DNA from: Nemertoderma westbladi
Lineage: Eukaryota > Animalia > Xenacoelomorpha
Reading direction: 5' to 3'
Assembly (NCBI GenBank): GCA_032718475.1
Contig: JAUCBJ010004173.1
Coordinates: 1-53,587, forward strand
DNA length: 53,587 nt
In this document: piece by piece, positions 24,390-36,259 of the stretch
Layout: each line of letters begins with the position of its first letter
How positions within the stretch are numbered: position 1 is the first letter of the stretch
Notes under the pieces: generated by a model
What the model was told of the DNA's origin: nothing
The model's input: the letters and a program-made list of their open reading frames with translations, nothing else
Databases searched by the model: none
Made by a program: the position numbers and the translations under genes

Positions 24390-26129
24390 TACCAACCCGG
24401 TACCGTTGGGCCTATAAATATACTGTACCTTCGGAACATGAAGCGTAGCTGCCTTGTATTTATACTCCATTACAGCATTAAAGACTATCCAGCTATCACT
24501 ATACTGAAGTAACTGCTGAACTGACGTATCGTACTGTACTCATATCAGCATACTGGCATATGGCCAATAGATGTAACCTGTAGTGTATAATAGGTTTTTA
24601 AATGGATCTTCTTTTAACTGTTAACTATTTTGCATGAATGAGGGATGGAGGGAGATTAATAGTTGTGATAAAACTGGTACCGGTACCGTAGTTCAGTAGT
24701 TAGTAATGACTGAGCTTAATTATACCGGTTATACAATAATTTTTATTTATTTAACGATTTGATATCGCGCGACCACGACCAGTGACCCTGCATGGAATAA
24801 CACTAAAAAAGGCCACAAGCAATTGATTTTTAACGCTATATATTTTATTTATAGTCCCATTTAAACTTTTGTATTCATGATTTTAGAGTTTCCTTTTCCA
24901 CTCAATACCAATGTATTACATTTTATTGCAGTAAAATAAGTAAGTACCGCCACCGGTCCGGTATATACAAAACTTATTTGATTACCTGAATCAGTTAGTG
25001 ACTTAGAACTTAAATATTATTTGTTTGTTTGTATTCTAAATAAAATTATGTTCCTTTTTTCTAACCAAGTTTTAATATTAGTTTTATTTTTTGTGTACCA
25101 TGTATGTATATCCTCCTGTACACAATGTTCATAACATTTACATGTGTATTCTATTATTATATTTTGTGTGTCAATGATAGACTAACTTATTCGCTTAACT
25201 TCTATGTCTGCCAGATTTACTATTGTCAACTTTTTTTTTATAATATTGCTGTTCATGCGCCTTGCATTGATAATTTCATCATCAATGTCCTATTAGTTGT
25301 ATGTAGATCGTTCCGTATTATAGGCACCACTACTATTTTATTTATCTGCTAAACTGTGAAATATGTCGAATTCTTGTTGTACCATTATAATAAATTAATA
25401 GTATAAGTGTTATTATGTTGACTCTTTAGATTATATTATGTCACTTAACTTTCTAGAATTTAATAAGATTCAAGTTCACGCCTCTATTGCAATCCTCGTT
25501 TAATTTTTAAACATCTCTCACTGCCATCTTATAAAGTGTTGTAAAGGAGGAAAGTAGCACTTCACAGTGCGCAGATCCGAGTGGTTTGGTTACACAATCA
25601 ACATTACTAAAGTACTTAGCAATAATGAGTTCATGTAAGTAAATTCATAAATTAGGCCTACATTGCGAAGTTTGTTGATTAAAAGTAGCTCATTATACTT
25701 TTGTTATTGTAAAGCGAGTAAAATTTATGGGTAAATTTTTATTAATAGAACATGAAATTGAACGTTTAGACCTAATTACAATATTTTATCGATACAAATG
25801 AAGTTATAGCAAATTTTATCCGTTGTAGTTCCTGTACCGATGTCATATGCTAGATAACACCCACCCCACCCCCCCACCCCCCCCCCCCCCCCCCCCCCCA
25901 CCTCCCCAGGTGGGGGCATAGTAGAGAAGAGTTGAAGGTTAAACGAAAGTTAAACGTTTAAAGTAGTTCCTCGTCCTGAGCACCGTCGTATGCATAATAA
26001 AAGGAAGTGTAAGAGCTCTTTAGCTTGAGCTTATAGAGTTTCTGTAGTTAGGTTTCATTAGTTACCAGAGCCATTGACAAAGGCCTGTTTAATAGTATTT
26101 ACAATTTTGGGTTGAAATATCTGGCATTA

Positions 26130-26840
26130 GATAGATAGATAGATAGATTTATTTATACATTATGTAAAAACAATAACAAATACACCAAACAATGTACCGG
26201 TATAAAGGTATTGTCCAACATAACATATAGGATTACCCCTAAAGCTTTGCAGCTTATTTCCAAGGGGGTCCTTTATGTTACTTGGTTACAAATACAATAT
26301 TACACTACGCTAACCTAAAACCAATATAAAACGTAATTACACTATGTACATGTACAACTTTACCGAGAGCGTGACAATGCCCGACTCAACGATAAAGATG
26401 TAATATACAGAACAATTTATTATAAAACGTAATTCAGTATATAAATAGTAAATAATTAATAAACTAATAACTTACTGTAGGACTATTGTACCTATTTTTA
26501 CATTGCACACGGAGATGAGATTTAACTGCAGATTTAAAAGAATGTTGATTATTTAGGTTTTTAATTTCATTAGGCAGAGCGTTCCAATTTTTTATGCCGT
26601 TAAAAAAGAAAGTATCAGATTCAAAGGATTTACAATTCGGGAGGTAGAAGTTTGAAGCACTAGCTCTGGTACTGTAAGAGTGTGTATCGCGTACTCTGTT
26701 GAATTTTTGTTTTAGGTAATTGGGACATTTACCATTATACACTTTATGCACATGGTTAAGGCGTAGCTGCTTAACTCTACTATCTAAGTTAAGTAGTCCA
26801 GATTCAGAAAAGTCATCTGGAGTTAGGTAAATTTAAGTTA
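26130..26840 (-). mobile_element. 5'-truncated L2/Crack-like LINE 3' fragment
   Basis: ORF end RVKQLRLNHVHK...HSYSTR...WNALP...FKSAVK (26464-26829); 3' UTR stem-loop; (ATCT)n tail at 26130-26148; candidate TSD ggcatta (26123-26129, 26841-26847). Confidence 0.8.
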
Positions 26841-27560
26841 GGCATTAATATATTATACTTATAGCGGCACCTAAAGATCTCTTACCCATCCTTTTATTAA
26901 ACGAAAGTTAATACATGTTACAATGTTATGCAGGTTAGTAGTGTTAAAAATCATTAATAATACAAATTCTACAGTATAAAAGACATTACCCGAGGGGAGG
27001 TGGGGGGTGTTCTACATATGGATCTACTTTGCCTCCCCGAAGAGCGGAGAAAGTACCATGTCCGGAAAAGAAGAATAGTACCACATTGTACATTGCCCGG
27101 AACGGAAATATAGCACCACATGGTTCGATGCCCGCTGGGAAAAATAGTACCATATGGTCAAAGCCCGGAAGAGTATAATGCCCAGGGGGCTACCATATGG
27201 TACAGTGTCCAGAAGGGAAGAATAGTACCATATGGTACAATGTCCGAGAGAAAAGAATAGTACCATGGTATAATACCCAGGGGAAATAGTACCATATGGT
27301 ACAATGTCCGAGAGAAAAGAATAGTACCTTTATGGTACAATGCCCGGAAGGGAAGAATAGTACCACATGGTATAATATCCGGGACGGAAGAATGGTACCA
27401 TATGGTACAGTGTCCGTGAGGAAATAATAGTGCCATTTGGTATAATGCCCATGGGGGGGGGGGGGGGGGGGGATAGTACCATATCGTATAATCGCCGGGA
27501 CGGAAGAATAGTACCATATGGTACAATATCCTGGAGGTAAGAATAGTACCATATGGTACA
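26826..27560 (+). repeat. 735-bp direct duplication, left copy
   Basis: Identical by eye to 32180-32914, including a 20-G run; the ORF track gives identical peptides at offset 5354. Confidence 0.93.
27052..27560. repeat. Minisatellite (~37-bp unit, palindromic core GTACCATATGGTAC), duplicated part
   Basis: Repeating gaagaatagtaccatatggtacaatgtccgg. Confidence 0.9.
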
Positions 27561-28305
27561 TTTCATTTCATTTCATTTCATTGTTTTAATCAAATAAAAT
27601 TGACATAAAATTGCACAAGAACATATAATAAAAGTGCACAAGATTGACACATTAAAATCGGTATAAGACATTCAGAGATACAAATTAAAATTTAAAAATT
27701 ACACAGCACAGATTAAAATTTACAATAAGATGTCATAGGCATATGTATATATATAGTAAGTGTGCAATAAGTGTGCATAAGTATAACATAATCAGTAGAT
27801 TGTGTTTATTATTGGTTTGGTATGAGATTTGGGCAAAGTTAAATAAGAAACAATAGTTGAAATAACATTATGATTGACATTGATTATGAAGCAAAAGGAG
27901 ACAATATTTATACATTATGCAGTTCATTAGTTAGGTTCACAGACATCAAATGAAGCGATAGTAATGTAATAATGATTTGATTGATACGGAAATTAATTAC
28001 CGGTAGGGTGGAAACAAGCAGGATTACGATTTGGATGGTTAATAACAAGACTAATAGCATGACAGCCAGTCGACGGTAGTTGGTTTGATAGCATAGTGGT
28101 AGTATTTAATAGCTGCACATATAAAATTGGTGACTAAGTCACCCAGTCACGAGAGCACAGCTAAACCGTTATGTTGGTTGATGTAAGTGGTTCATCTCAA
28201 TATACACAATACAATTTTTATAACTTTAATTTTGGAAGTCACTAATCCAGCATTAAGGTAAAATAACGAGTGTTAGTACCAATGATCTGTGTGTGTGGTG
28301 TGGTA

Positions 28306-31300
28306 TTATACATTAAAGTATTCCCTGATTCGTTGATTTTTAATGGAGAAATGTTCTCTTCTGAGGGTAAATACAGATGTGATGAAATCAATATGTCGAT
28401 CTTCAATGTAACTTGTTGTGCCTTCACAGACGTATTTCATTAGAGACTTCTTGTTGTACACTGAATTTAAAAGTGAGTTGGTAGATGGAATTGCGTACTC
28501 CTGATTTGCTCTGTTATAAGTTCCACCTAGTCCTAGGTAATTGTCTTTAGAAGTATTACAAGATTTATCAAGGTTAATACGGAGGCAGTATTGGAGGGTG
28601 AGGCTAGGGCAGTACTTCACTCGCTGGATAAGTCTGAGCATACTCTTGAAAGCTTCGTTTGACAGATTTCCTGTGTTAAAGAGCCCTATTACAGTGCTGT
28701 TACTCAAGTAGTTGCCGACGCATAGTAGTCCCCTCAGATGTTTTCGGTAGTAAGCATCGAGTGATTTCACTTGAGTATCAGTAAGTGTGCCAATTTGGAA
28801 GGTAAGATTATAGAGTAGAGAAGGTAATGCGCATGAGTTCCAAATTTTTCTAACGTCCTTTACCTCATGCTTACGCGATGTCCAACCATTTCTGTGGAAA
28901 ATCTCCGATAGCAACGTGATTTTGCAGATAACATCATGGTAAGCTGTAATGGGCTCATGAAATACCTTATAGCCGAGAAATGTTATGCTCCTACTAAAGG
29001 GAACAAGATCACCCATCAGGTTAAGGAAGCATGGTATATACTTGTTACTTCTAGGGGGCTTGCAGTACGTCCATTTTGTTTTATCAGTGGCTATGCCAAG
29101 TCCAATTTTTCTGAGTGACTCATTTAGGCGTGCACTCATCATTTCAATTTCACTGGATAATGTAGATATTAGGAGTATGTCATCTGCATACGAAAGGCAG
29201 CCAAGCCATTGATTATTGATGAAGCACCCAAGTTTGATATTCTCCATGTCTGTGAAGACTTCTCTTAGGAAGAAGTTGAAGAGGTGTGGTGAGAGGATTG
29301 AACCTTGAAGTATTCCAATTGTTACCTTGAACCCATCAGTGTCAATACATTGACCAAACTTGATGAACATATAGCTATTTGAGTAGTAATGCACCAACAT
29401 TCTACAAACATATGGGTTGATTTTATGTCTCAGTTTGTTGAAAAGTTTGCAATGATTCACCTCATCGAAGGCACTCTGTATGTCCATCTGACACACATAT
29501 GTTCCTTGGTTTTGCTTTTCATTGTTGTGGATTAACTCAAGCAATGCTGCTACCACAATATCTGTTCCCAAGCCCTTACGGTAAGCTGTTTGGAGTTCAG
29601 CTGGAGCAATGTTGGTTAGGTAGTGTTTCAAGATTATCGCTTCCATAATTTTGGCAAAGATACTAATTGTTGACACAGGCCTGAATGATTTTGGGCAGTA
29701 AGGATCCTTTCTTGAGCCTTTGTGTATGGTGTTTAATAATGTTCTACCAAAAGAGGTGGGAACTTTTCCTAGCAGGAGGGCAGCTTGAATAACATTCCTT
29801 AAGCATACCGAAATTACTATTGGATCAAGATTTAAAAGGTGTTCGACAGTCAATGTGTCAAAATCTGGTGCCTTCCCTCGATTCAGAGAAAAGATCGCGC
29901 ATTTTACCCACAATTCTGAGATCACCGGGGTACAAGAGCCATCACATTCATCATCTAGGTCTTTGTTGAGAGTGAGAAGGTCTTGAGTATTTGTGTTATC
30001 ATTTTCACATCGAAATTTTTTTGAGAAATATGATTTTATCCTTTCCTCAGTTGTTGGATCTGCTGCTTTCGGACTATTCTTTTTAGTGCTGAAGAATTTC
30101 CAATAGTCTTTTGGTGATGTGTTCTTGTTGCTTGTTGCCCTCAATACCTGATCCGCTGTCAGCTTGTTTGCCAACCAGTTTCTGAGTCTACGGCTATTCT
30201 TTTTGGACTCTTTAAAGGCCTCCCCAAGTGGGTCATAAGGTGACTTTCCATTACTGCACCATTGTTTATATAAACCTTTTGTTGTTTTGCTCCGAGAGTT
30301 GAGCTTCTTGTTTATTATTCTAAGGTTTTTGGTTTTCTTTCTGATTGTGATTTTCATGATAAACTTTGAAGCTGCTTGCTGAATGGTGTGTGTCACTTTC
30401 TCTAGATACACATTCATTATTTTTTCTGTCCAGGTAATAGGGTTATTGCCATACTCTTCCTGGAGTGCTTTGAGATTGGTGTTCACCTCTATTTTATATT
30501 TGGATATATTTTCAGCCGATGTTTTGTTCCAATTAAGTAACAGTTGTTTCTTGGTGCATTTCATTCTCACTGTGGTGTTGCTTATGGCTTCCTCTTTAGG
30601 TTCGGTTGCTGGAGCTAAAATAGGATATAGTTTAATTGATACTGGGCTGTGGTCTGATCCATTCCTGAGTTCGTCATGGTCATACACCTGACCTTCTGTG
30701 CAGAGTCGAAGTCCATTGAGGTTTGTGAGTACATGGTCAATATAAGAATTTCCATGGCCCTGGAATGTATGACACGGGCCATTGCATAATTCTAGGGTAT
30801 CAACAGCTGTAAGTTTGTTATCAGTGAGAAAATTTAATAGCATTTTACCACGCTTTGTTGGTTGTTGTTGGTTACACCGTGGTCCTTGACTGGAGCCAAT
30901 ATCGGCATTAGCATCAATCATGATGAATGGTGTTGCATGACTGAAATGCGTCAAAGTTGCCTCCAATCTCCCCAGGAAAGAGCTAAATGTTTGGTCATCC
31001 TTACCACTGTCTGGAGCATATCCTGCAATTAGGGCAATGGGATTGACATTGAGAGATTTGACATTCGTCACAATACCAGTTATATCACCACCAGATTCAA
31101 ACTTATTTATGACATTGAAAATGTTTTTGCGGTAGAAAAGTGCTGTTCCACCAACTCCTCTTTTTCTGAGTGGATTTGACATTTGTTTGCTGACTGTAAA
31201 CTCAACTTCAAACTCGATGTGCAGATTTCTGAGAAAAAGTTCACATTCCTGTGCATCTAACCAGTGTTCTTGAATTCCTAAAACATCACAATCTTCCAGT

Positions 31301-31530
31301 AGATCAGTTATGTATGGAGCATTTCCGTTGAACCCGCGGCAGTTATATGTGGATATTCTAAGTTGAGTTAATGGCAATGCATCCTTTGTTGCAAGATATT
31401 CTTTCCTATAGATAACATCATTTGTTGACATATCTAATCGCTCAGTTTTACAGTGCATGTCAGTTGAGCTAGATTCTGGTGATATTAGACCTGCCGTTGT
31501 ATCTGCCTGTAGATGATGAAGTCCTCCCAT
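28306..31530 (-). CDS. LINE ORF2: apurinic endonuclease plus reverse transcriptase, 1074 aa
   Basis: APE motifs TYNCRGF, IQEHWL, DANAD, IDHVL, SDH; RT motifs FRPVS, DIQSAFDEV, GILQGSILSP.LF, YADD. Confidence 0.92.
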   Translation of the reverse strand: MGGLHHLQADTTAGLISPESSSTDMHCKTERLDMSTNDVIYRKEYLATKDALPLTQLRISTYNCRGFNGNAPYITDLLEDCDVLGIQEHWLDAQECELFLRNLHIEFEVEFTVSKQMSNPLRKRGVGGTALFYRKNIFNVINKFESGGDITGIVTNVKSLNVNPIALIAGYAPDSGKDDQTFSSFLGRLEATLTHFSHATPFIMIDANADIGSSQGPRCNQQQPTKRGKMLLNFLTDNKLTAVDTLELCNGPCHTFQGHGNSYIDHVLTNLNGLRLCTEGQVYDHDELRNGSDHSPVSIKLYPILAPATEPKEEAISNTTVRMKCTKKQLLLNWNKTSAENISKYKIEVNTNLKALQEEYGNNPITWTEKIMNVYLEKVTHTIQQAASKFIMKITIRKKTKNLRIINKKLNSRSKTTKGLYKQWCSNGKSPYDPLGEAFKESKKNSRRLRNWLANKLTADQVLRATSNKNTSPKDYWKFFSTKKNSPKAADPTTEERIKSYFSKKFRCENDNTNTQDLLTLNKDLDDECDGSCTPVISELWVKCAIFSLNRGKAPDFDTLTVEHLLNLDPIVISVCLRNVIQAALLLGKVPTSFGRTLLNTIHKGSRKDPYCPKSFRPVSTISIFAKIMEAIILKHYLTNIAPAELQTAYRKGLGTDIVVAALLELIHNNEKQNQGTYVCQMDIQSAFDEVNHCKLFNKLRHKINPYVCRMLVHYYSNSYMFIKFGQCIDTDGFKVTIGILQGSILSPHLFNFFLREVFTDMENIKLGCFINNQWLGCLSYADDILLISTLSSEIEMMSARLNESLRKIGLGIATDKTKWTYCKPPRSNKYIPCFLNLMGDLVPFSRSITFLGYKVFHEPITAYHDVICKITLLSEIFHRNGWTSRKHEVKDVRKIWNSCALPSLLYNLTFQIGTLTDTQVKSLDAYYRKHLRGLLCVGNYLSNSTVIGLFNTGNLSNEAFKSMLRLIQRVKYCPSLTLQYCLRINLDKSCNTSKDNYLGLGGTYNRANQEYAIPSTNSLLNSVYNKKSLMKYVCEGTTSYIEDRHIDFITSVFTLRREHFSIKNQRIREYFNV

Positions 31531-31567
31531 TTGGCATAACCTGGATTGCTTTTTCCATGATTTTTTG

Positions 31568-32119
31568 TTAAAGACGCTGCCTCAATGGGTACGAAGGAAA
31601 CTTAGTGCTATGTTCTTGATTCGTGAATGCAGATCTGCGGTTTTTCCATTCAGTACATATGATTCCAAAAGGCCAGAAGTTATCCGACAGCACATAGCAC
31701 AAGCAGTTCTGTTGTATCATAATTTTCATATTCTTGAAGTTGCCATGAATCCTAGTTGTAACTCTGCCTGCTCGAATCCCTTTGATGCTTAGGTAGTCTA
31801 GAATATCCTCCTCCTCATTTTCACGGTGTATGCCATTTACGAAAATTGTTTCAAATTTTTGTGATTCAGCATGTTGTAGAGTATTCCTATTGTTTGTATT
31901 TGTTTTACTGCCTGGAAACTTTTTGTCAGAGTAAAATTGTCCTTGAGAATGAGCTGGTGGGAAGTATAGGTCCCGGTCTCTTGTGAGTGGTTTCAAGTCC
32001 CCTTTGTATGAGTCATTGTATTGAGATGAATTCCCATCATAATGATTGAATGGTTTGACTTTTTTTCTTGAGGAGCTATCATAAGGTTTTATTTCACTTT
32101 TGCCTTCTTGATTTCCAGG
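31568..32119 (-). CDS. LINE ORF1 C-terminal remnant with RRM-like domain
   Basis: IFVNGIH...EEDILDYL....I...K....FWPFGI.CTEW pattern typical of LINE ORF1, directly upstream of ORF2; 5' end truncated and approximate. Confidence 0.7.
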   Translation of the reverse strand, partial: PGNQEGKSEIKPYDSSSRKKVKPFNHYDGNSSQYNDSYKGDLKPLTRDRDLYFPPAHSQGQFYSDKKFPGSKTNTNNRNTLQHAESQKFETIFVNGIHRENEEEDILDYLSIKGIRAGRVTTRIHGNFKNMKIMIQQNCLCYVLSDNFWPFGIICTEWKNRRSAFTNQEHSTKFPSYPLRQRL

Positions 32120-32179
32120 ACAGATTGGTTTATTGATTAATTGGTTTAATATAATAATTAATTTATTGGTTTACAGATT

Positions 32180-32914
32180 GGTAAATTTAAGTTAGGCATT
32201 AATATATTATACTTATAGCGGCACCTAAAGATCTCTTACCCATCCTTTTATTAAACGAAAGTTAATACATGTTACAATGTTATGCAGGTTAGTAGTGTTA
32301 AAAATCATTAATAATACAAATTCTACAGTATAAAAGACATTACCCGAGGGGAGGTGGGGGGTGTTCTACATATGGATCTACTTTGCCTCCCCGAAGAGCG
32401 GAGAAAGTACCATGTCCGGAAAAGAAGAATAGTACCACATTGTACATTGCCCGGAACGGAAATATAGCACCACATGGTTCGATGCCCGCTGGGAAAAATA
32501 GTACCATATGGTCAAAGCCCGGAAGAGTATAATGCCCAGGGGGCTACCATATGGTACAGTGTCCAGAAGGGAAGAATAGTACCATATGGTACAATGTCCG
32601 AGAGAAAAGAATAGTACCATGGTATAATACCCAGGGGAAATAGTACCATATGGTACAATGTCCGAGAGAAAAGAATAGTACCTTTATGGTACAATGCCCG
32701 GAAGGGAAGAATAGTACCACATGGTATAATATCCGGGACGGAAGAATGGTACCATATGGTACAGTGTCCGTGAGGAAATAATAGTGCCATTTGGTATAAT
32801 GCCCATGGGGGGGGGGGGGGGGGGGGATAGTACCATATCGTATAATCGCCGGGACGGAAGAATAGTACCATATGGTACAATATCCTGGAGGTAAGAATAG
32901 TACCATATGGTACA
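32180..32914 (+). repeat. 735-bp direct duplication, right copy
   Basis: Matches 26826-27560. Confidence 0.93.
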
Positions 32915-33720
32915 ACGTCCGGGAGGTTAGAATACTAGTACCATATGGTACAATATCCATCCTGAAGGGAAGAATAGTACCATATGGTATACAGTAAGTT
33001 CCGGAAAGGAAGAATAGTACCATATATGGTACAACATCCTGGATGGAAGAATAGGACCACATATGGTACAATGTCCGGGAGGTGAGAATAGTACCTTTAT
33101 GGTACAATGCCCGGCAGGGAAGAATAGTACAGTACCATATGGTACAATGTCCGAAATGGAAGAATAGTACCATATGGTACAATATCCTGGATGGGAAAAT
33201 AGGACCACATATGGTACAATGTCCGGGAGGTGAGAATAGTACCTTTATGGTACAATGTCCGGGAGGTGAGAATAGTACCTTTATGGTACAATATCGTGGA
33301 TGGAAGAATAGGACCACATATGGTACAATGTCCGGGAGGTAAGAATAGTACCTTTATGGTACAATGTCCGTGAGGTAAGAATAGTACCATATGGTAGCGG
33401 ATTGGAAGACTAGTGGTACTGTATAATGCCCAGGGGAGAAGAATGGTACCTTATGGTACAATGTCTGGAAGGGAAGAATAGTACCATATGGTACAAATAT
33501 CCTGGATGGAAGAATAGGACCAGATGGAACAATGTCCGGAAGGGAAGAATAGCACCATATGGTAGCGGAATGGAAGACAAGTATGGTATATAATGAATAA
33601 TGGCATAATGCCCAGGGGAGAAGAATAGTACTGTACCTTATGGGGTTGGGGTACAACGTCCACAAGGGAAGAATTGTACCATATCGTGCAATGCCCAGGA
33701 GGGAACAACATGTCCGGGAG
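32406..33720. repeat. Minisatellite array (~37-bp unit, palindromic core GTACCATATGGTAC)
   Basis: Roughly 30 degenerate units; source of the spurious MVLFF/GHCTIWYY ORFs. Confidence 0.92.
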
Positions 33721-34442
33721 TGAATAGTGATGTTTGCGAGTTTCCATTACTCATTGATAAATTTTAATTTTCAGGTCCGGTTTCATAGTCAATTTACACA
33801 ACCGTAACATCTACACATTATCGATTGCATGTATAGGTGTAATGTGATTTGTGATAAGTTCCTCTCTAAAGCTACTGCGTACAGTATGAAACAACACGCC
33901 GCTAATAGGAACGCGGTGGATCGACGTTAAGATACTGTATGTTCAAATATTTGACTAAAATTCATAATTTATCAGCCACATTTATGCAGTTGAAAACAAT
34001 CCAAATAGTATATAAAATCGGAAATAGTGTGAGTGGGGGGGCCTCTCCCTCTCACCACACAATAGTGTTTGAAAAATTAAAAATTCGATCCTAGCTCAAG
34101 GTGAATGTGATTGATGTCACGGGACCTGACTCGTGTAGGTAATCGCCTAATAAAGCGAGATAACCCTGCGGTTCAGTTCAGCTCAGCTCATGTTGCTGCG
34201 ATTCCAGAGTTTGTTCAGTACAGCAATACACACACACCCTGATACTTTACAGCTTTAGGCAATCTCTGAATCTGGAATCTTTACTGCTGTACTGTTTTAA
34301 AGTCGAATCGTTATTACTGTATTATTATATCAGTACAGCAGTATACAGGTATATCAGTATATATACAGTAATATTTTCCTATAGCTGTATACCGGTACAC
34401 ACTTTACTGCTTTAAGTACGGTATATATATATAAATAGAAAA

Positions 34443-34943
34443 ATGTCAGGACGAGGGAAAAAGCGAGCAAAGTCCATCTCAAAATCGACCAGAGCCGGAG
34501 TCCTGTTCCCGGTTGGAAGAATCCAAAGGATCATGAAAAAGACGACCCATAAATACCGGATTAGTGTTGGCGCCCCGGTTTATTTGGCTGCCGTCATCGA
34601 ATATCTAACCGCGGAGATTCTGGAGCTAGCCGGGAACGCCGCTCGCGACAACAAACGCGCTCGAGTTATTCCCAGACATATCCTTCTCGCTATCGCTAAC
34701 GACGAAGAACTCCATCATCTACTGAAGAACGTCACCATCCCTCAAGGCGGAGTTCTTCCTCGAATACATCCGGAGCTTCTGATTCGCAAAGGTGTGTCGG
34801 CGAAGTTGGGATCCTCGGTTGTTAAACCCAAATCATCGTCTCCACCGAAACCCAAAGTGCCCGGAGCCAAGAAAGCGGGCAAACCAGCCGCACCGGGTGC
34901 CGGTAAAGGCAAGAAGGACATTGATAACTCACAGGACGCCTAG
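34443..34943 (+). CDS. macroH2A: macroH2A-type histone H2A without macro domain, copy 2 (166 aa)
   Basis: Same protein as copy 1 up to PKPKVP, then a different basic tail ending DIDNSQDA-stop; AATAAA at 35230. Confidence 0.88.
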   Translation: MSGRGKKRAKSISKSTRAGVLFPVGRIQRIMKKTTHKYRISVGAPVYLAAVIEYLTAEILELAGNAARDNKRARVIPRHILLAIANDEELHHLLKNVTIPQGGVLPRIHPELLIRKGVSAKLGSSVVKPKSSSPPKPKVPGAKKAGKPAAPGAGKGKKDIDNSQDA

Positions 34944-36259
34944 TCTGTATATATCACCACTTTTAGGAGGATCTCTGTCTATTAATAATTAGGACTCATT
35001 GTTTCTATGTTTCTCAGCATTTTATGTGTTTATACCTTATGTTATATATTGTAGTTCTAGTGTGAAACTTTTATTTATATCGCCCTCAGTCTATACTGCT
35101 ATACCGGCAGAACTGTATTCTTTGTTGCCGGTATATATAATATTTGTGTGGTTCAGTATTATTTTGCTTTGCATTTTAGGCAGTTAGGCCTAGTCCAGTA
35201 GTCTTTTTATTTCAGTATTTGGAGAGCGCAATAAATCTATCTAATTTCTCCAGTTGCCACAATCTTATGTCAATTTAATTCGTTAGTATTAAGCAATATT
35301 GAGCAATAATCAGTTTATTGCTGTATTGTGGTGTTCGATTATCCTTTTTAGGTTATTTTATACCATTGCCGGTGTATTTGTTAATGTTTGTTTACTTTGT
35401 ATTGTTTACTCTTTAAGCATCGTGATTTCGCACGTCATATATTTTGTACAGTTTGTTTTCCAAATGGCATTATTAACTTATAATGTCCATTGTCCAATAA
35501 GGTTTCTATTATTTACGTCTGTAGCACATTCGATAAATTTCGTTAGATATTCATTTGTATATTAATTCAATATCTACCATGTTGTTTGCAAGTATAATAC
35601 TAGTTTTCATATTGTTTTGAAATAACACTGACTCTTTATTTAGTTAATTATTGCTTAGCAGTGCATTATTGTTGATTCTCTCTTTCTAACTGTGTTGTCT
35701 TCAAATTTTCGACTTGACTTTCTACACATAAGATGTTCGCTCAGTCATTATTGTGAAGGTATATTTTATAGGATATTATATATATTATTATGGATAATAT
35801 TAAATGTGTGTTCCTTGTGACATAAAAAGCTATATATTTATTATTTCTCGGGTAACATATCGGAGGGGAGGTACCGAGTTCGAAACCAAGAGCTGAGACA
35901 GTTGTAACGTGGTAACTGGTACGGCGAAACAGCGATATAGAATCTAGAAACCTTGGTGGGAGTTGGGGGAGGGGGGGGGGGAGGATCCTTCCCGATCACC
36001 TTTTTTAAACTTTATATTTCGCAATAACGTGTAGTAGGTAGGTAGTACTAGTAGTAATCACTAATAATCGTTTAAAACTACACTATAGGAGATGGCAAAG
36101 ACCCTCCCAAGGGAAACAAAAGTCGTGGAGATCCCCACATGCAAGGCGATGGCGCATCTATGCCTTGCATGCTAAATTGTATTAAATTAATAGGTCATGG
36201 TGACTCCCACAAGATGTTGCCAAAGAGTTTGACTCGCTGTTGATCGAAGTAGGTCCATA

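Larger units (their letters stand above)
27561..32179 (-). mobile_element. Non-LTR retrotransposon (APE-RT, RTEX-like by motif impression), 5'-truncated in ORF1
   Basis: (ATGAA)n tail at 27561-27582, ~720-bp 3' UTR, intact ORF2, partial ORF1, flanked by 735-bp direct repeats. Confidence 0.9.

Noticed and set aside
27024-33747. Many ORFs with MVLFF/GHCTIWYY repeats and CRISPR-like periodicity
   Set aside because: Translations of a degenerate minisatellite; inter-repeat segments are related to each other, there are no cas genes, and the context is eukaryotic.
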